A stretch of 64,000 nt of DNA from Gemmatimonadota bacterium (GTDB lineage: Bacteria > Gemmatimonadota > Gemmatimonadetes > Gemmatimonadales > GWC2-71-9). The notes under the pieces were generated by a model. It saw only the letters and a program-made list of their open reading frames with translations, searched no databases and was not told the origin of the DNA. Shown piece by piece: positions 48,571-58,944 of this stretch; position 1 is the stretch's first letter, and the number at the start of each line of letters is the position of its first letter. The stretch spans positions 395 through 64,394 of the forward strand of contig JANNSD010000152.1 in NCBI GenBank assembly GCA_031402225.1, read 5' to 3'. Made by a program: the position numbers and the translations under genes.

Positions 48571-48590
48571 AGTACTTTGTACTGTAAAGC
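48568..48590 (-). promoter_or_regulatory. Putative operator: CAAAGTACTTTG palindrome overlapping a CTTT-N7-AAAG inverted repeat
   Basis: AT-rich dyad at the start of the wHTH regulator operon; the AAGTACTT core recurs at 47548-47555. Confidence 0.55.
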
Positions 48591-48766
48591 TCCACTCGAT
48601 CCGGCGCAAGTGCTGCAACCCCAACCGGAGAACCCACCGTGAGAAAGGTGGTCCTGGTCGACAAGTTCGCCGCCGTACGTGCATCCCTAGGAGAAGGCCA
48701 CCTGGCACAACATCTTTCGGGCGCGGCAGCCTGCCTCGCCACTTTTCTCAGCCAGGAGCAACACCC

Positions 48767-49189
48767 ATGGGCATGGTTCAGGAATTCAAGGAGTTCGCCC
48801 TCAAGGGCAGCGTGATGGACCTTGCCGTTGGCGTCATCATCGGCGGCGCGTTCGGCAAGATCGTCGATTCCGCGGTGAACGACCTGATCATGCCGCTGGT
48901 CGGCCGCCTGACCGGCGGGCTCGATTTCTCCAGCCTGTTCATTCCGCTTGCCGCGGTTCCACCTGACCTGCCCCACACGCTCGACGCAGTGCGGAAGGCT
49001 GGCGTCCCGGTGTTCGCCTACGGGAACTTCATCACGGTGGCCATCAATTTCGCCATCCTCGCGTTCATCATCTTCCAGATGGTCACGGCGATGAACCGGC
49101 TCAAGAAGTCGGCACCGCCCGCCCCCCCGGCGCCAGCCGAAGACGTGATCCTGCTTCGGGAAATCCGCGACGCGCTGAAGGTCAGGTAA
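48767..49189 (+). CDS. mscL: Large-conductance mechanosensitive channel
   Basis: [32 protein letters not shown]. Confidence 0.97.
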   Translation: MGMVQEFKEFALKGSVMDLAVGVIIGGAFGKIVDSAVNDLIMPLVGRLTGGLDFSSLFIPLAAVPPDLPHTLDAVRKAGVPVFAYGNFITVAINFAILAFIIFQMVTAMNRLKKSAPPAPPAPAEDVILLREIRDALKVR

Positions 49190-49193
49190 GTCG

Positions 49194-49550
49194 ATGACGC
49201 TCATCCTCATCGCGATCGGCCTGGCGGCAGGAGTGCTGGCCGGCCTCTTTGGCATCGGTGGCGGCATCCTCATCGTTCCGGCACTGGCACAGTTTGCGAA
49301 GATGCCCTTCAAGCAGGCCGTCGGCACCTCGCTCGGCGCACTACTGCTGCCGGTGGGACTGCTCGGCGCGATTACCTACTATCGCAGCGGCAACCTCGAC
49401 CCTCGCGCCTCCCTGCTGGTGGCGCTCGGGATCGTATTCGGTGCCTTGGGGGGTGCCAGGCTGGCGGCACTCATTTCCTCCTCCACGCTTCAGCGGGCAT
49501 TCGCCGTATTTCTCGTCCTGGTTGCGGTGAAGCTCTGGTTCAAGTCCTAG
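49194..49550 (+). CDS. TauE/SafE (TSUP) family, half-size membrane protein
   Basis: GLFGIGGGILIVP, AVGTSL. Confidence 0.8.
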   Translation: MTLILIAIGLAAGVLAGLFGIGGGILIVPALAQFAKMPFKQAVGTSLGALLLPVGLLGAITYYRSGNLDPRASLLVALGIVFGALGGARLAALISSSTLQRAFAVFLVLVAVKLWFKS

Positions 49551-49730
49551 TACGGTGGTGCGGTACCGGCGCACGTGCGGCGCCTCAACGACAGGGGAGT
49601 TGACGCGTCAGCTCCCCCCCCCCGGCCTCTCGCCGCTGCCGGTCACAAAGCGTTCCTGACCATCGCGTTAGCACGCTGCGGCAGGGCGCCGGCTGTCGAA
49701 GACCTTGGCGCTGTCGCGAATCGCGACGCG

Positions 49731-49747
49731 ACGGCATGGGCCCTGCT
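49731..49747 (+). promoter_or_regulatory. Putative sigma-54 promoter of the PEP-CTERM gene
   Basis: CGGCATGGGCCCTGC (GG-N10-GC), with dyad TGTCGCGAATCGCGACG just upstream. Confidence 0.4.
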
Positions 49748-49810
49748 TCTGAAGGGCGTGCGCGGACCGGACTGCAGAGGTCTGCGCTTCCATTCCTCTG
49801 AAGCTGGAGA

Positions 49811-50533
49811 ATGCCTGTGCGTACGCTTCGCCTTGCCCTGATCGCTGTCGCCCTCGCGAGCTGTGTCGGTACCGCGTGGGCCGATGATCCGGAGACCACA
49901 AGCCTCCGAATGACCGGTGTCAACGGCCGCGCCTCCGGCGGCGTCTATGTCGGTCCCTATCAAGCGGTGCTTGGCAGCGTGCCCGGCGCACCGGCCATCG
50001 ACATCTTCTGTGTCGACTACCTGAATCACTCATACATCGGCCAGACGGCGACGGTCGCGATGACGAGCCTCGTCGACGGTGCAGACCTGAGCCATACGCG
50101 CATCGGCGGTAGTGGCTCACTCACGCTCCGTGGCACCGACTACTCGGCGCTCGACCGGTATCGCATGGCGGCGCTCCTCACCGACCAGTTCGCCCTCACC
50201 GCCGCGACCACGCCGCCCAACATGGTTTCCCAGGAGTGGGGCAACATTCACCGCGCCATCTGGAACATCACGGCCGGCCCGGGCAGCGGCGTGCCGGCAG
50301 CCGGTGCCGATGCCTGGCTCACGTGGGTGACCGACTGGTACAACAACAACGGGGCGACCCATGACTGGAACGGCTACATCGTGCTGTCCGACGTCACGAT
50401 GCAGCCAGGGGGCCCCATGGTCGGCGGCATGCAGGAGTTCATTACCACGACCCCGGAACCCGCCGCCATGATGCTCATGGGCACCGGACTCCTGGTCCTG
50501 TTAGCTTTCGTGCGAACCCGAGGCAACGCATAA
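49811..50533 (+). CDS. PEP-CTERM sorting domain protein
   Basis: Signal peptide; C-terminal TTPEP, hydrophobic helix and basic tail RTR; IFCVD motif. Confidence 0.88.
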   Translation: MPVRTLRLALIAVALASCVGTAWADDPETTSLRMTGVNGRASGGVYVGPYQAVLGSVPGAPAIDIFCVDYLNHSYIGQTATVAMTSLVDGADLSHTRIGGSGSLTLRGTDYSALDRYRMAALLTDQFALTAATTPPNMVSQEWGNIHRAIWNITAGPGSGVPAAGADAWLTWVTDWYNNNGATHDWNGYIVLSDVTMQPGGPMVGGMQEFITTTPEPAAMMLMGTGLLVLLAFVRTRGNA

Positions 50534-50546
50534 CGAGGAGCGCCCT

Positions 50547-51068
50547 TTGACGTCCGCCCTGGGGCCCTACGGGGCCCCATTTCGCAAGATCAGTGGCGCG
50601 CTGTATCTCATCAGCGCGCTTCTCATTCTGCTCCCATTGATCGATTTCCTGACCAGTGTCGTGCCGTACCTGCCGTCGTCGACCAAGTGGCGTTTCGCGT
50701 CGAGCTCCCTCTTCGCCGGTTTCCTGCTGACGCCGCTCCTGGGCATTGCGCTTGCCATGGTGGTGGCGGGCCTGATGAACCACCGGTTCGTGCTGCGCTG
50801 GATCGGGATCCTGAGCCTCATTGCGGCGCTGGCGCTTCTCGCCGCCAGCGCGTTGCTCGCCCTCGACATCATCGAGCTGCGCGCGACCGCCGATGCCGAG
50901 GTGCAGATGGCCATCGTGCTCTCGGGCGCCCGCGCGGTGTTCAAGAACCTGGTCATAGCGGGTTCACTGGTGTACATCGGGCTGGCTTGCCGCGCCGCCA
51001 CCGGCGGCATGGAGCCGCCTCGGAGTGCGGAGCCGATGGCGCCGATCGTGGGTTCCCCCCGGCGATAG
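50547..51068 (+). CDS. Hypothetical 4-TM membrane protein
   Basis: Four hydrophobic segments; GAGGAG RBS. Confidence 0.7.
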   Translation: MTSALGPYGAPFRKISGALYLISALLILLPLIDFLTSVVPYLPSSTKWRFASSSLFAGFLLTPLLGIALAMVVAGLMNHRFVLRWIGILSLIAALALLAASALLALDIIELRATADAEVQMAIVLSGARAVFKNLVIAGSLVYIGLACRAATGGMEPPRSAEPMAPIVGSPRR

Positions 51069-51085
51069 GCGGAGCTCCCCTGGGT

Positions 51086-52648
51086 GTGAACGCCCCACGC
51101 ATGGATCCCCGCCCCAGGGTTGCCTGGCCCCTCCTCCTGCCGATCGTCCTGGTGGCGCTCGGGATCCACGCATTGCCCCAGCCAGGCTTTGGTTTCCAGC
51201 GCGACGAGTTGCTCTACTTCGCGATGGGCGATCACCTCGACCTCTTCCGAATGCAGTTCCCGCCGCTCATAGCCGCGGCCGCCCGGCTCATGAAAGCACT
51301 CTTCGGTGATCAGGTTGCTGGCGCGCGCCTGCTGCCGGCCCTGCTCCACGCCACGCTCATCATCCTGGCCGCGGCGATGGCACGCGCCATGGGCGGCGCT
51401 GGGCCCGCCCAGTTGCTCGCGGGACTCGCGCTGCTGGTGGCCCCGGTGTTCGTGCGCGCCGGGACGTTGTTCCAGCCGGTGGTGTTCGAGTTGACCTGGT
51501 CCTCGCTTGCCCTCCTCGCGCTGCTCGAGCTGCTCGCTCGGCAGGCGGACGCCGTTCGAGCACGCGCCGGCTGGTGGTGCGTCCTGGGAATGGCGCTCGG
51601 CCTGGGTGCCATGACCAAGTTCAGCATCGCGTTCCTGGTACTCGGCATCAGTGTGGCCATGCTCCTGTCACCGCTGCGTCGTGACCTGCTCACGCGCTGG
51701 CCATGGATCGCCGCCCTCATCGTTGCCGTGCTGGCCCTGCCGAGCGTGAGTGGCCAGGTCACGTGGCACTGGCCATTCCTGGCCCAGATGGCGGCGCTGC
51801 GCGAAACACAACTCCAGCGCGTGACGCCGGGCGCTTTCCTCTCGGCACAGCTGCTGATGCTTGGGCCCGCCGCCGCCGTCATGCTTGTCGGTGCCTGGTC
51901 CCTGGTGTTCGGTACGCGCGCCCGCCCCTTCCGGCCGGCAGCTTTCGCCGGGGTCGCCGTCCTGGTTGTCCTGCTCATCCTGCACGGCAAGGACTACTAC
52001 TTCGCCCCGGTGCACCCCCTGCTCCTGGCCGCCGGTTCGGTGGCGCTTGCGCGCATGAGTGAACGGACCGGCAGGGCCTGGCTCGTGCCCGCGGTGGCCG
52101 CAATGCTGCTGGTCGGCGGAGCGCTGCTGCTGCCTATGGGTGCCCCCATCCTTCCGCGCGAGGCGCTCGCGCGGTATGCAGCGCAGCTCGGCGTCTCAAG
52201 AGCCGTCGCCACGAACTACGGCACGGTCCTGTCGCTCCCGCAGGACTTCGCCGACATGATCGGGTGGGAAGAACTCACGATGGCAGTCGCCGCGGTGTAC
52301 CGCTCGCTCCCCGACGCGGAGCGGGCGCACGCGGTGATCGTCGGCGGTAATTATGGACGCGCCGGTGCCCTGGCGATCTACGCGAAACGGTATGGGCTGC
52401 CCTATCCGGTCAGCCGCAGCGGGGATTTCTACAACTGGGGCCTGCCCGCGCAGCCCATCAGCACGCTGATCATCGTTGGCGGGACGATGGCCGACCTGCA
52501 ACCGCTGTGCGGGAACGTCACGGAGGTGGCCCGAACCTCCAATCCCTGGGGTGTCGAGGAGGAGCAGGAGGTACCCATCCACGTGTGCCGAGACCTGAAG
52601 CAGGCGCCCGACGTGATCTGGCGCCGGCTTGGTCCCGACTGGGGCTAG
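51086..52648 (+). CDS. GT-C glycosyltransferase (family 39 / ArnT-PMT_2-like)
   Basis: GFQRDELLY, PPL, LGLGAMTK, GKDYY, NYGRAGA. Confidence 0.85.
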   Translation: MNAPRMDPRPRVAWPLLLPIVLVALGIHALPQPGFGFQRDELLYFAMGDHLDLFRMQFPPLIAAAARLMKALFGDQVAGARLLPALLHATLIILAAAMARAMGGAGPAQLLAGLALLVAPVFVRAGTLFQPVVFELTWSSLALLALLELLARQADAVRARAGWWCVLGMALGLGAMTKFSIAFLVLGISVAMLLSPLRRDLLTRWPWIAALIVAVLALPSVSGQVTWHWPFLAQMAALRETQLQRVTPGAFLSAQLLMLGPAAAVMLVGAWSLVFGTRARPFRPAAFAGVAVLVVLLILHGKDYYFAPVHPLLLAAGSVALARMSERTGRAWLVPAVAAMLLVGGALLLPMGAPILPREALARYAAQLGVSRAVATNYGTVLSLPQDFADMIGWEELTMAVAAVYRSLPDAERAHAVIVGGNYGRAGALAIYAKRYGLPYPVSRSGDFYNWGLPAQPISTLIIVGGTMADLQPLCGNVTEVARTSNPWGVEEEQEVPIHVCRDLKQAPDVIWRRLGPDWG

Positions 52649-52715
52649 CGACCCGAAAGGCGGCGGCGGGGTACTTTCACCAAGCCATGACCGTACTCCC
52701 TGGAGCCATCAGCGC

Positions 52716-54056
52716 ATGAACGACCTCCTCGCGGCCCGCTCCCAGATGGGCATGTCGCTGGCATTCCACATCATCTTCGCGGTGGTGGGTATCGGCATGC
52801 CCCTGCTCATGGTGGTGGCCGAGCGCCGCTGGCTGGTGACCGGTGACCCGGTGTACCTCGAGCTGGCCAAGCGCTGGTCCAAGGGCACGGCGATCATGTT
52901 CGCCGTCGGCGCCGTGTCCGGCACGGTGCTCTCCTTCGAGCTGGGGCTGCTGTGGCCTCATTTCATGGAGTTCGCCGGCCCCATCTTCGGGATGCCGTTC
53001 TCGCTCGAGGGCCTCGCCTTCTTCGTGGAGGCGATCTTCCTCGGGATCTATCTCTATGGCTGGGACCGCCTGTCGAGCCGCGCGCACCTCTGGGCGGGCA
53101 TCGTCGTCGCCCTGAGCGGCGCCCTGTCAGGCATCTTCGTGGTCATCGCCAACGCCTGGATGAACACCCCCACCGGCTTCACCATGGCGGGCGGCGTCCC
53201 GACGGACATCGATCCCATCGCCGCGATCCTGAACCCGGCGGCGCTGACCCAGACCATTCACATGACGCTGGCTGCCTACGCGGCGACCGGCTTCGGCGTG
53301 GCCGGTGTTCACGCGTTCCTGCTGCTGCGCAAGCCGATGAACACCTTTCATCGACGCGCCCTCATGGTGGCCCTGCTGGTGGGCGGGCCAGCCGCCCTGC
53401 TGCAGCCGATCTCGGGTGATCGCAGCGCCAAGATGCTGGCCCGGCACCAGCCGGCCAAGTTCGCGGCGATGGAGGGACACTTCCGCACCGAGTCCGCCGC
53501 GCCGCTCATCATCGGTGGCATCCCCGACGAAGCGACCGGCCAAACGAGATATGCCATCCGGGTACCCTATCTGCTCTCGGTACTGGCGTATGGTGATCCC
53601 CTGGCCGAAGTCACGGGACTCGATCGCGTGCCTCGCGACGAATGGCCCAACGTCATGCTGGTGCACCTGTCATTCGAACTGATGATCGCGCTGGGCACCT
53701 TCCTGATGGCGATCACGGCGTGGGCCGCATGGCTCGCCTGGCGGGGCCGGGAGCTCGCCGAGAACCGGGCGTTCCTCCGGGCCGTGGCGCTCGCCACCCC
53801 GATGGGGTTCCTCGCGGTCGAGGCGGGATGGATGGTGACCGAACTCGGGCGGCAGCCGTGGATCATCCATGGCGTGATGCGCACCGCCGACGCCGTGACG
53901 CCGATGCCCGGCCTGATCGTACCCTTCACCTTCTTCACGCTGCTGTACTGCCTGCTGTCGGTCGCTGTGGTGTGGCTCATGTACCGGCAGATCGCGAAGA
54001 GCCCGAGCGCCGAAGACTGGCAGCGGATCTACACCCCGGTACTGCGTGATGCCTGA
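52716..54056 (+). CDS. cydA: Cytochrome bd ubiquinol oxidase subunit I
   Basis: FHIIF, GAVSG...FE, NAWMNTP, QPAKFAAMEG, GWMVTELGRQPW. Confidence 0.96.
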   Translation: MNDLLAARSQMGMSLAFHIIFAVVGIGMPLLMVVAERRWLVTGDPVYLELAKRWSKGTAIMFAVGAVSGTVLSFELGLLWPHFMEFAGPIFGMPFSLEGLAFFVEAIFLGIYLYGWDRLSSRAHLWAGIVVALSGALSGIFVVIANAWMNTPTGFTMAGGVPTDIDPIAAILNPAALTQTIHMTLAAYAATGFGVAGVHAFLLLRKPMNTFHRRALMVALLVGGPAALLQPISGDRSAKMLARHQPAKFAAMEGHFRTESAAPLIIGGIPDEATGQTRYAIRVPYLLSVLAYGDPLAEVTGLDRVPRDEWPNVMLVHLSFELMIALGTFLMAITAWAAWLAWRGRELAENRAFLRAVALATPMGFLAVEAGWMVTELGRQPWIIHGVMRTADAVTPMPGLIVPFTFFTLLYCLLSVAVVWLMYRQIAKSPSAEDWQRIYTPVLRDA

Positions 54057-55065
54057 CATCACGCCCGCACTGCTCGTCGCCGGGGGCCTGTTCACCGCGC
54101 TGGCGGCCTATCTCGTGATGGCGGGCGCCGATTTCGGCGGCGGCGTGTGGGACCTTTTCGCCACCGGCCCGCGCCGGAAGCGCCAGCGCGCCCTCATCGC
54201 TGACGCGATCGGTCCGATCTGGGAAGCCAACCATGTGTGGCTGATCCTGGCGGTCGTGCTGCTCTTCGTCTGCTTTCCGTCGGCCTTCGCGCGGCTCTCG
54301 GTCACGCTGCACATCCCGCTCACGCTCATGCTCGTGGGTATCGTGCTGCGCGGCTCGGCATTCACGTTCCGCAGCTACGACAGCCAGCGTGATGACGTGC
54401 AGCGGCGCTGGGGCCTGCTGTTCTCCTGGGCCAGCCTGATCACCCCGCTGCTGCTTGGCGTGGTGGCGGGCACCGTCGCCGCCGGCGCCATCCCGGTGCG
54501 ACCCTCGGGCACGTTCGTTGATGCCTTCGTCCGGCCCTGGCTGCAGCCGTTCCCGCTCGCGATCGGCGCGCTGACACTGGCCCTCTGTGCCTACCTCGCG
54601 GCGGTGTACCTCACCGTGGAAACTGACGACCCCGCCCTGCAGGACGACTTCCGGCTCCGCGCCTTTGGCGCCGGCGTCGGGGTCTTCGTCGCGGCGATGG
54701 TCGCCCTGTTGCTGGCCTGGCGGCACGTACCGCTGGTGTGGCACGGCCTCACCGCCAGTGGATGGGCGCTGGGCTACCAGGTGGTCGTGGGCGCGCTGGC
54801 GCTGCTCACCTTCACCGCCCTGTGGCAGCGACGGTTCCGGCTGGCGCGGGTCGCGGCACCGATCCAGGCGGTGCTCATCCTGTCGGGATGGGCGCTGTGC
54901 CAGTTCCCCTACCTGCTCCCACCCGACCTCACGATTGCCGCCGCCGCGGCGCCCAACGTCACGCTGCAGCTGGTCCTTGGCGCGCTGGCACTCGGGTTCG
55001 TGGTACTCGTTCCGTCGCTCATCTACCTCTTTCGCGTGTTCAAGGGCCGACCCCAGCGCGTCTGA
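54049..55065 (+). CDS. cydB: Cytochrome bd ubiquinol oxidase subunit II
   Basis: GADFGGG, IGPIWEANHVWLI, RGSAFTFR. Confidence 0.95.
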   Translation: MPDITPALLVAGGLFTALAAYLVMAGADFGGGVWDLFATGPRRKRQRALIADAIGPIWEANHVWLILAVVLLFVCFPSAFARLSVTLHIPLTLMLVGIVLRGSAFTFRSYDSQRDDVQRRWGLLFSWASLITPLLLGVVAGTVAAGAIPVRPSGTFVDAFVRPWLQPFPLAIGALTLALCAYLAAVYLTVETDDPALQDDFRLRAFGAGVGVFVAAMVALLLAWRHVPLVWHGLTASGWALGYQVVVGALALLTFTALWQRRFRLARVAAPIQAVLILSGWALCQFPYLLPPDLTIAAAAAPNVTLQLVLGALALGFVVLVPSLIYLFRVFKGRPQRV

Positions 55066-55127
55066 CGCCGAGCAGGCCATGAATCCGTAGGGGGGATATG
55101 CTTCAGGATCCCCCGCAACGACACACC

Positions 55128-57749
55128 ATGGATGACCCGCTCGAACGCCTGCGCTCCGCCCTCGCCGGCCGTTATGCGGTCGAGTGGGAAGTGGGCCGGG
55201 GCGGCATGTCGCGGGTGTATGCGGCCAGGGACCTCCGCCATGGACGCCGGGTCGCGATCAAGGTGCTGCGCCCCGACCTCGCCTCCATCCTCGGTGCCGA
55301 CCGGTTCCTGCTGGAAATAGAAATTGCCGCCCGCCTGCAGCATCACCACATCCTGCCGCTCTTCGATTCGGGGGAAGCGGACGGACTGCTCTTCTACGTC
55401 ATGCCGTTCGTGACCGGCGAGACGCTGCGGGCGCGGCTGACCCGGACGGGCCGGCTCACGATCCCGGATGCCGCGCGCATTGCACGCGAGATCACCGACG
55501 CGCTCGGCTATGCCCATGGCGAGGGCGTCGTCCACCGGGACGTCAAGCCGGAGAACGTCATGCTCGGCGCGGGGCATGCCTATGTCATGGACTTCGGCAT
55601 TGCCAAGGCGCTGAGCGAGGCGACCGACCACGGCGCCGGCACCGGTGCGGGCCTCACGCTCGGGACCCCGGCGTACATGGCGCCGGAACAGGCCGCCGCG
55701 GCACCCGATGTTGACCATCGCGCCGACATTTATGCCATCGGCATCGTGCTGTACGAGATGCTCGCCGGCCACCCGCCGTTCTCGGACTCGACCGCGCAGC
55801 GGATCTTCGCGCGGCAAATGACCGAGATCCCGTCTCCAGTGCGGCATGAGCGGCCGGACATGCCGGCTGCCATGGCGCAGGGCATAGCGCGCGCGCTCGA
55901 GAAGGATCCCGACCGGCGCTGGCAGACCGCCGCCGAGTTGCTCCCGGCTATCGAGTCAGGCCTGGCAGACGGACCGGCCGCGGTGGGCCTGTCCGGCCGC
56001 CGTCGCTGGTGGCTGGCTGCTTCGGGCATGGCGGCGGGTGCGGCAATCGTGGCCGCGCTCCTGCTCCGGCCCCGCGCGCCGCATGGCCAGCTGGAAGCAG
56101 GGCAGACCAAACAGCTCACCTTCGAGGCTGGCCTCGAGCTCGACCCCGCCCTGTCGCCCGATGGACAGATGCTGGCGTACATCGTCGGCGGCCCCGACGC
56201 AGGCGAACTCGTCGTGAAGCAGCGTGACGGTGATCGACCGATTCGGCCCGCGCCGACGCTGCCACGGCCGCAGCGATCACCCACGTGGTCTCCCGACGGC
56301 ACCCGGATCGCGCTGCAGACCCCCACCGGCATTTTCGTGATCCCATCGCTTGGCGGTGCGCCGCGGCTCGTGCCCGGCAGCGACTCGGTCGGCCCGCTGT
56401 TCGGGCTGGACTGGTCGCCCGATGGCTCGCAGCTGGCCTATTCGAGCGGCGGCAAGCTCTACCTGGCCGATGTGGTGAAGGGCGGCCGGCGGCTGCTGCA
56501 CGAGGGGCGCTGGGACATTCGCGGCGCGTCCGCGCCGGCGTGGTCGCCCGATGGCCAGTTCATCGCGTTCGTGGTGGAGAACGCCGACTTCGTGTTCGGC
56601 AGCGTGGGCAATTTCGCCAACTTCGCCCCGACGCGACTGGCCCTCGTGTCGCTCGCCGACAGCACCGAAACGACCCTGGTCGATGACGGCGCGATGAACC
56701 TGAGCCCACAGTGGATGCCGGATGGGCGGGGCCTCCTCTTCGTGTCGAACCGGGAGGGACAACGGGACATCTACCGCCTGCCGCTTACACGCGCGGGAGC
56801 GCCATTTGATTCGGCGGAGCGGGTGACGACCGGACTCGGAGCCCAGACCATCAGCCTTGATCGCGCCGGGACGCTCCTGGTGTACAGCCGGCTCGAGCTG
56901 CGCTCCAACGTCTACAGCACGCCGATCCCGCGCTCCCTCACGGTACTCGGCTCCTTGACCGCGGTCACGTCCGGCACGCAGGTGATCGAAGGATTCGATC
57001 TTTCGCCGGACGGCAAGTGGCTCGCCCTCGACTCTGATCGCGAGGGCAACCAGGACATCTACCGCCTGTCGCTGGAAACGGGAGAACTGGTACGCCTCAC
57101 GTCGGACAGCCGGGATGATTTCCTCCCAACCTGGTCGCCGGACGGACAGTGGCTCTCATTCCACAGCATCCGGCAAGGCACGCGTGACGTGTTCATCATG
57201 CCATCGGCGGGCGGTACCACGCAGCAGCTCACCAACGACCCGGGCCAGGACCGCAGCCCGCGCTGGTCACCCGATGGCCGCGAGATCGTGTTTGAGTCGA
57301 CGCGCGAGGACGAACGGCGGGAGATCTACGTCATGCAGCGCGATTCCCTTGCGCGCTGGGGATACATACGCCGGCTGACGCACAATGGCGGACGCTGGCC
57401 CGACTGGTCGCCCGATGGACGCCGCGTCGCCTATCTCAACTCGCGGGGCATCTGGAGCATACCGGCCAGCGGCAGCGGACCGCCACGGCTGGTCACCGCC
57501 ACGCCGGCGCAGCACGTGCGCTGGTCGGACGATGGGCGGGCGATCTACTTCGTGTCCAACGCCAACGACTCGACGGCGGGTTTCTGGAGCATCCCGGCGC
57601 GCGGAGGGCCCGAGCGCCAGCTGGTCCGGTTTGCCCCCGACGGACCGAGAGTCCGCCGGGCGTTCTTCGAGGCACGCCAGGACCGGTTCTACTTCACCGT
57701 CATGGAACACCAGAGCGATATCTGGTCGCTCAGTCTCGGCGTACGCTGA
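55128..57749 (+). CDS. Hanks-type Ser/Thr protein kinase with TM segment and TolB-like (PD40) beta-propeller
   Basis: GRGGMSRVY, VAIK, HRDVKPEN, DFG, GTPAYMAPE; many WSPDG repeats. Confidence 0.93.
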   Translation: MDDPLERLRSALAGRYAVEWEVGRGGMSRVYAARDLRHGRRVAIKVLRPDLASILGADRFLLEIEIAARLQHHHILPLFDSGEADGLLFYVMPFVTGETLRARLTRTGRLTIPDAARIAREITDALGYAHGEGVVHRDVKPENVMLGAGHAYVMDFGIAKALSEATDHGAGTGAGLTLGTPAYMAPEQAAAAPDVDHRADIYAIGIVLYEMLAGHPPFSDSTAQRIFARQMTEIPSPVRHERPDMPAAMAQGIARALEKDPDRRWQTAAELLPAIESGLADGPAAVGLSGRRRWWLAASGMAAGAAIVAALLLRPRAPHGQLEAGQTKQLTFEAGLELDPALSPDGQMLAYIVGGPDAGELVVKQRDGDRPIRPAPTLPRPQRSPTWSPDGTRIALQTPTGIFVIPSLGGAPRLVPGSDSVGPLFGLDWSPDGSQLAYSSGGKLYLADVVKGGRRLLHEGRWDIRGASAPAWSPDGQFIAFVVENADFVFGSVGNFANFAPTRLALVSLADSTETTLVDDGAMNLSPQWMPDGRGLLFVSNREGQRDIYRLPLTRAGAPFDSAERVTTGLGAQTISLDRAGTLLVYSRLELRSNVYSTPIPRSLTVLGSLTAVTSGTQVIEGFDLSPDGKWLALDSDREGNQDIYRLSLETGELVRLTSDSRDDFLPTWSPDGQWLSFHSIRQGTRDVFIMPSAGGTTQQLTNDPGQDRSPRWSPDGREIVFESTREDERREIYVMQRDSLARWGYIRRLTHNGGRWPDWSPDGRRVAYLNSRGIWSIPASGSGPPRLVTATPAQHVRWSDDGRAIYFVSNANDSTAGFWSIPARGGPERQLVRFAPDGPRVRRAFFEARQDRFYFTVMEHQSDIWSLSLGVR

Positions 57750-57752
57750 GCC

Positions 57753-58871
57753 CTACTCGCCCATCGCGTCCTGGTAGTAGCGGTCGAACGCCGCGCTCAG
57801 GCTCTCTCGCCGGCTGTAGGGGCCCGGCCGATACGCCCGGCTTTGCACCCCCGCCTGTGCCATCTCGCAGATGTGCCAATCCTCGCGATTCACCGTGTCC
57901 CAGAAGCCGGCCCCGTCGTCGGGATCGAATGCGGGGTTGGAGAGAGTGTCGGGATGAAAGAGGAATTCGCAGGCAATGCGGGTGCGATCGGGCGCCACCG
58001 GCTGGAAGGTATGCACCATGACATAGTCGTGGTGCAGGCTCAGCAGCATGCCGGGAAAGATCGAGTAGTAGTACACTCGCTGACGGTCGTCGGCGGAGAG
58101 GTCTCCCACCGGGACGCCGCAGGCCCGGCCGCTCAGGGTCATGCTGCCACCCTCCCCGGTGATCGTCATGAAGCCGCCGAGGATCGGCCCCTCGATGAGG
58201 TCATTCTCGCCGCTCGTCGGCGGCGAGAGCTTGACCAGCGACGGATGCAGGGGCGAGCAGTGGTAGCACTCGGAGTAGTTCTGGAACAGCAGCTTCCAGT
58301 TGGCGCGGACATCGTACTCGAAGCGCCGGCCCACCTGGAGCGCCGACAGGTTCCACCGGGCCACCCGACCGATGAGCCCCGCGAACGCCTCGGCGAAGGG
58401 CTCGGGCTCCTCCGCCAGGTTGACGAACAGGAACCCTTCCCACGTCGCGATGTGCGCCTGCAGGAGCGGATAGTCCGCCTTGTCGAATCCCTCCAGTTCA
58501 CGCTGGTCGGGCACCCCGATGAGTCGACCGTCGAGGGCATAGGTCCAGGCGTGGTAGGGACACTGGATGGTTTCGGACATCTCGCCGCAGGGCGCTTCGC
58601 ACAGGCGCGTGCCGCGATGCCGACAGACGTTGTACAGCGCGCGCACGATGCCGGTGCGATCACGAACGATGATCAGGCTCTCGGCGCCGATCTCCACGAG
58701 CACGTACCGGCCCGGCGTCGCCACCTGGTCCTCCCGCCCGATGCAGAGCCACCGGTTCGCAAAGAGGCGCTCCTGCTCTTCACGGAACACCGCCGTGCTG
58801 ACGTAATCGCGCTGGGGCAGCGTACGCGCGCCATGCGTGGGCAGCGCTGTGGTCTTGAGGAAGGTGGTCAC
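57753..58871 (-). CDS. Rieske non-heme iron oxygenase alpha subunit (choline monooxygenase/GbcA-like)
   Basis: CRHRG...CPYHAW, NWK, ECYHCSPLH, EDWHICE. Confidence 0.9.
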   Translation of the reverse strand: MTTFLKTTALPTHGARTLPQRDYVSTAVFREEQERLFANRWLCIGREDQVATPGRYVLVEIGAESLIIVRDRTGIVRALYNVCRHRGTRLCEAPCGEMSETIQCPYHAWTYALDGRLIGVPDQRELEGFDKADYPLLQAHIATWEGFLFVNLAEEPEPFAEAFAGLIGRVARWNLSALQVGRRFEYDVRANWKLLFQNYSECYHCSPLHPSLVKLSPPTSGENDLIEGPILGGFMTITGEGGSMTLSGRACGVPVGDLSADDRQRVYYYSIFPGMLLSLHHDYVMVHTFQPVAPDRTRIACEFLFHPDTLSNPAFDPDDGAGFWDTVNREDWHICEMAQAGVQSRAYRPGPYSRRESLSAAFDRYYQDAMGE

Positions 58872-58944
58872 GGTAGTCCTCCAAGGCGTATACTATGTCC
58901 TGACGAATGTACGCCATGGCCTTTCCCCCGAGAAGCTTGCCGCG

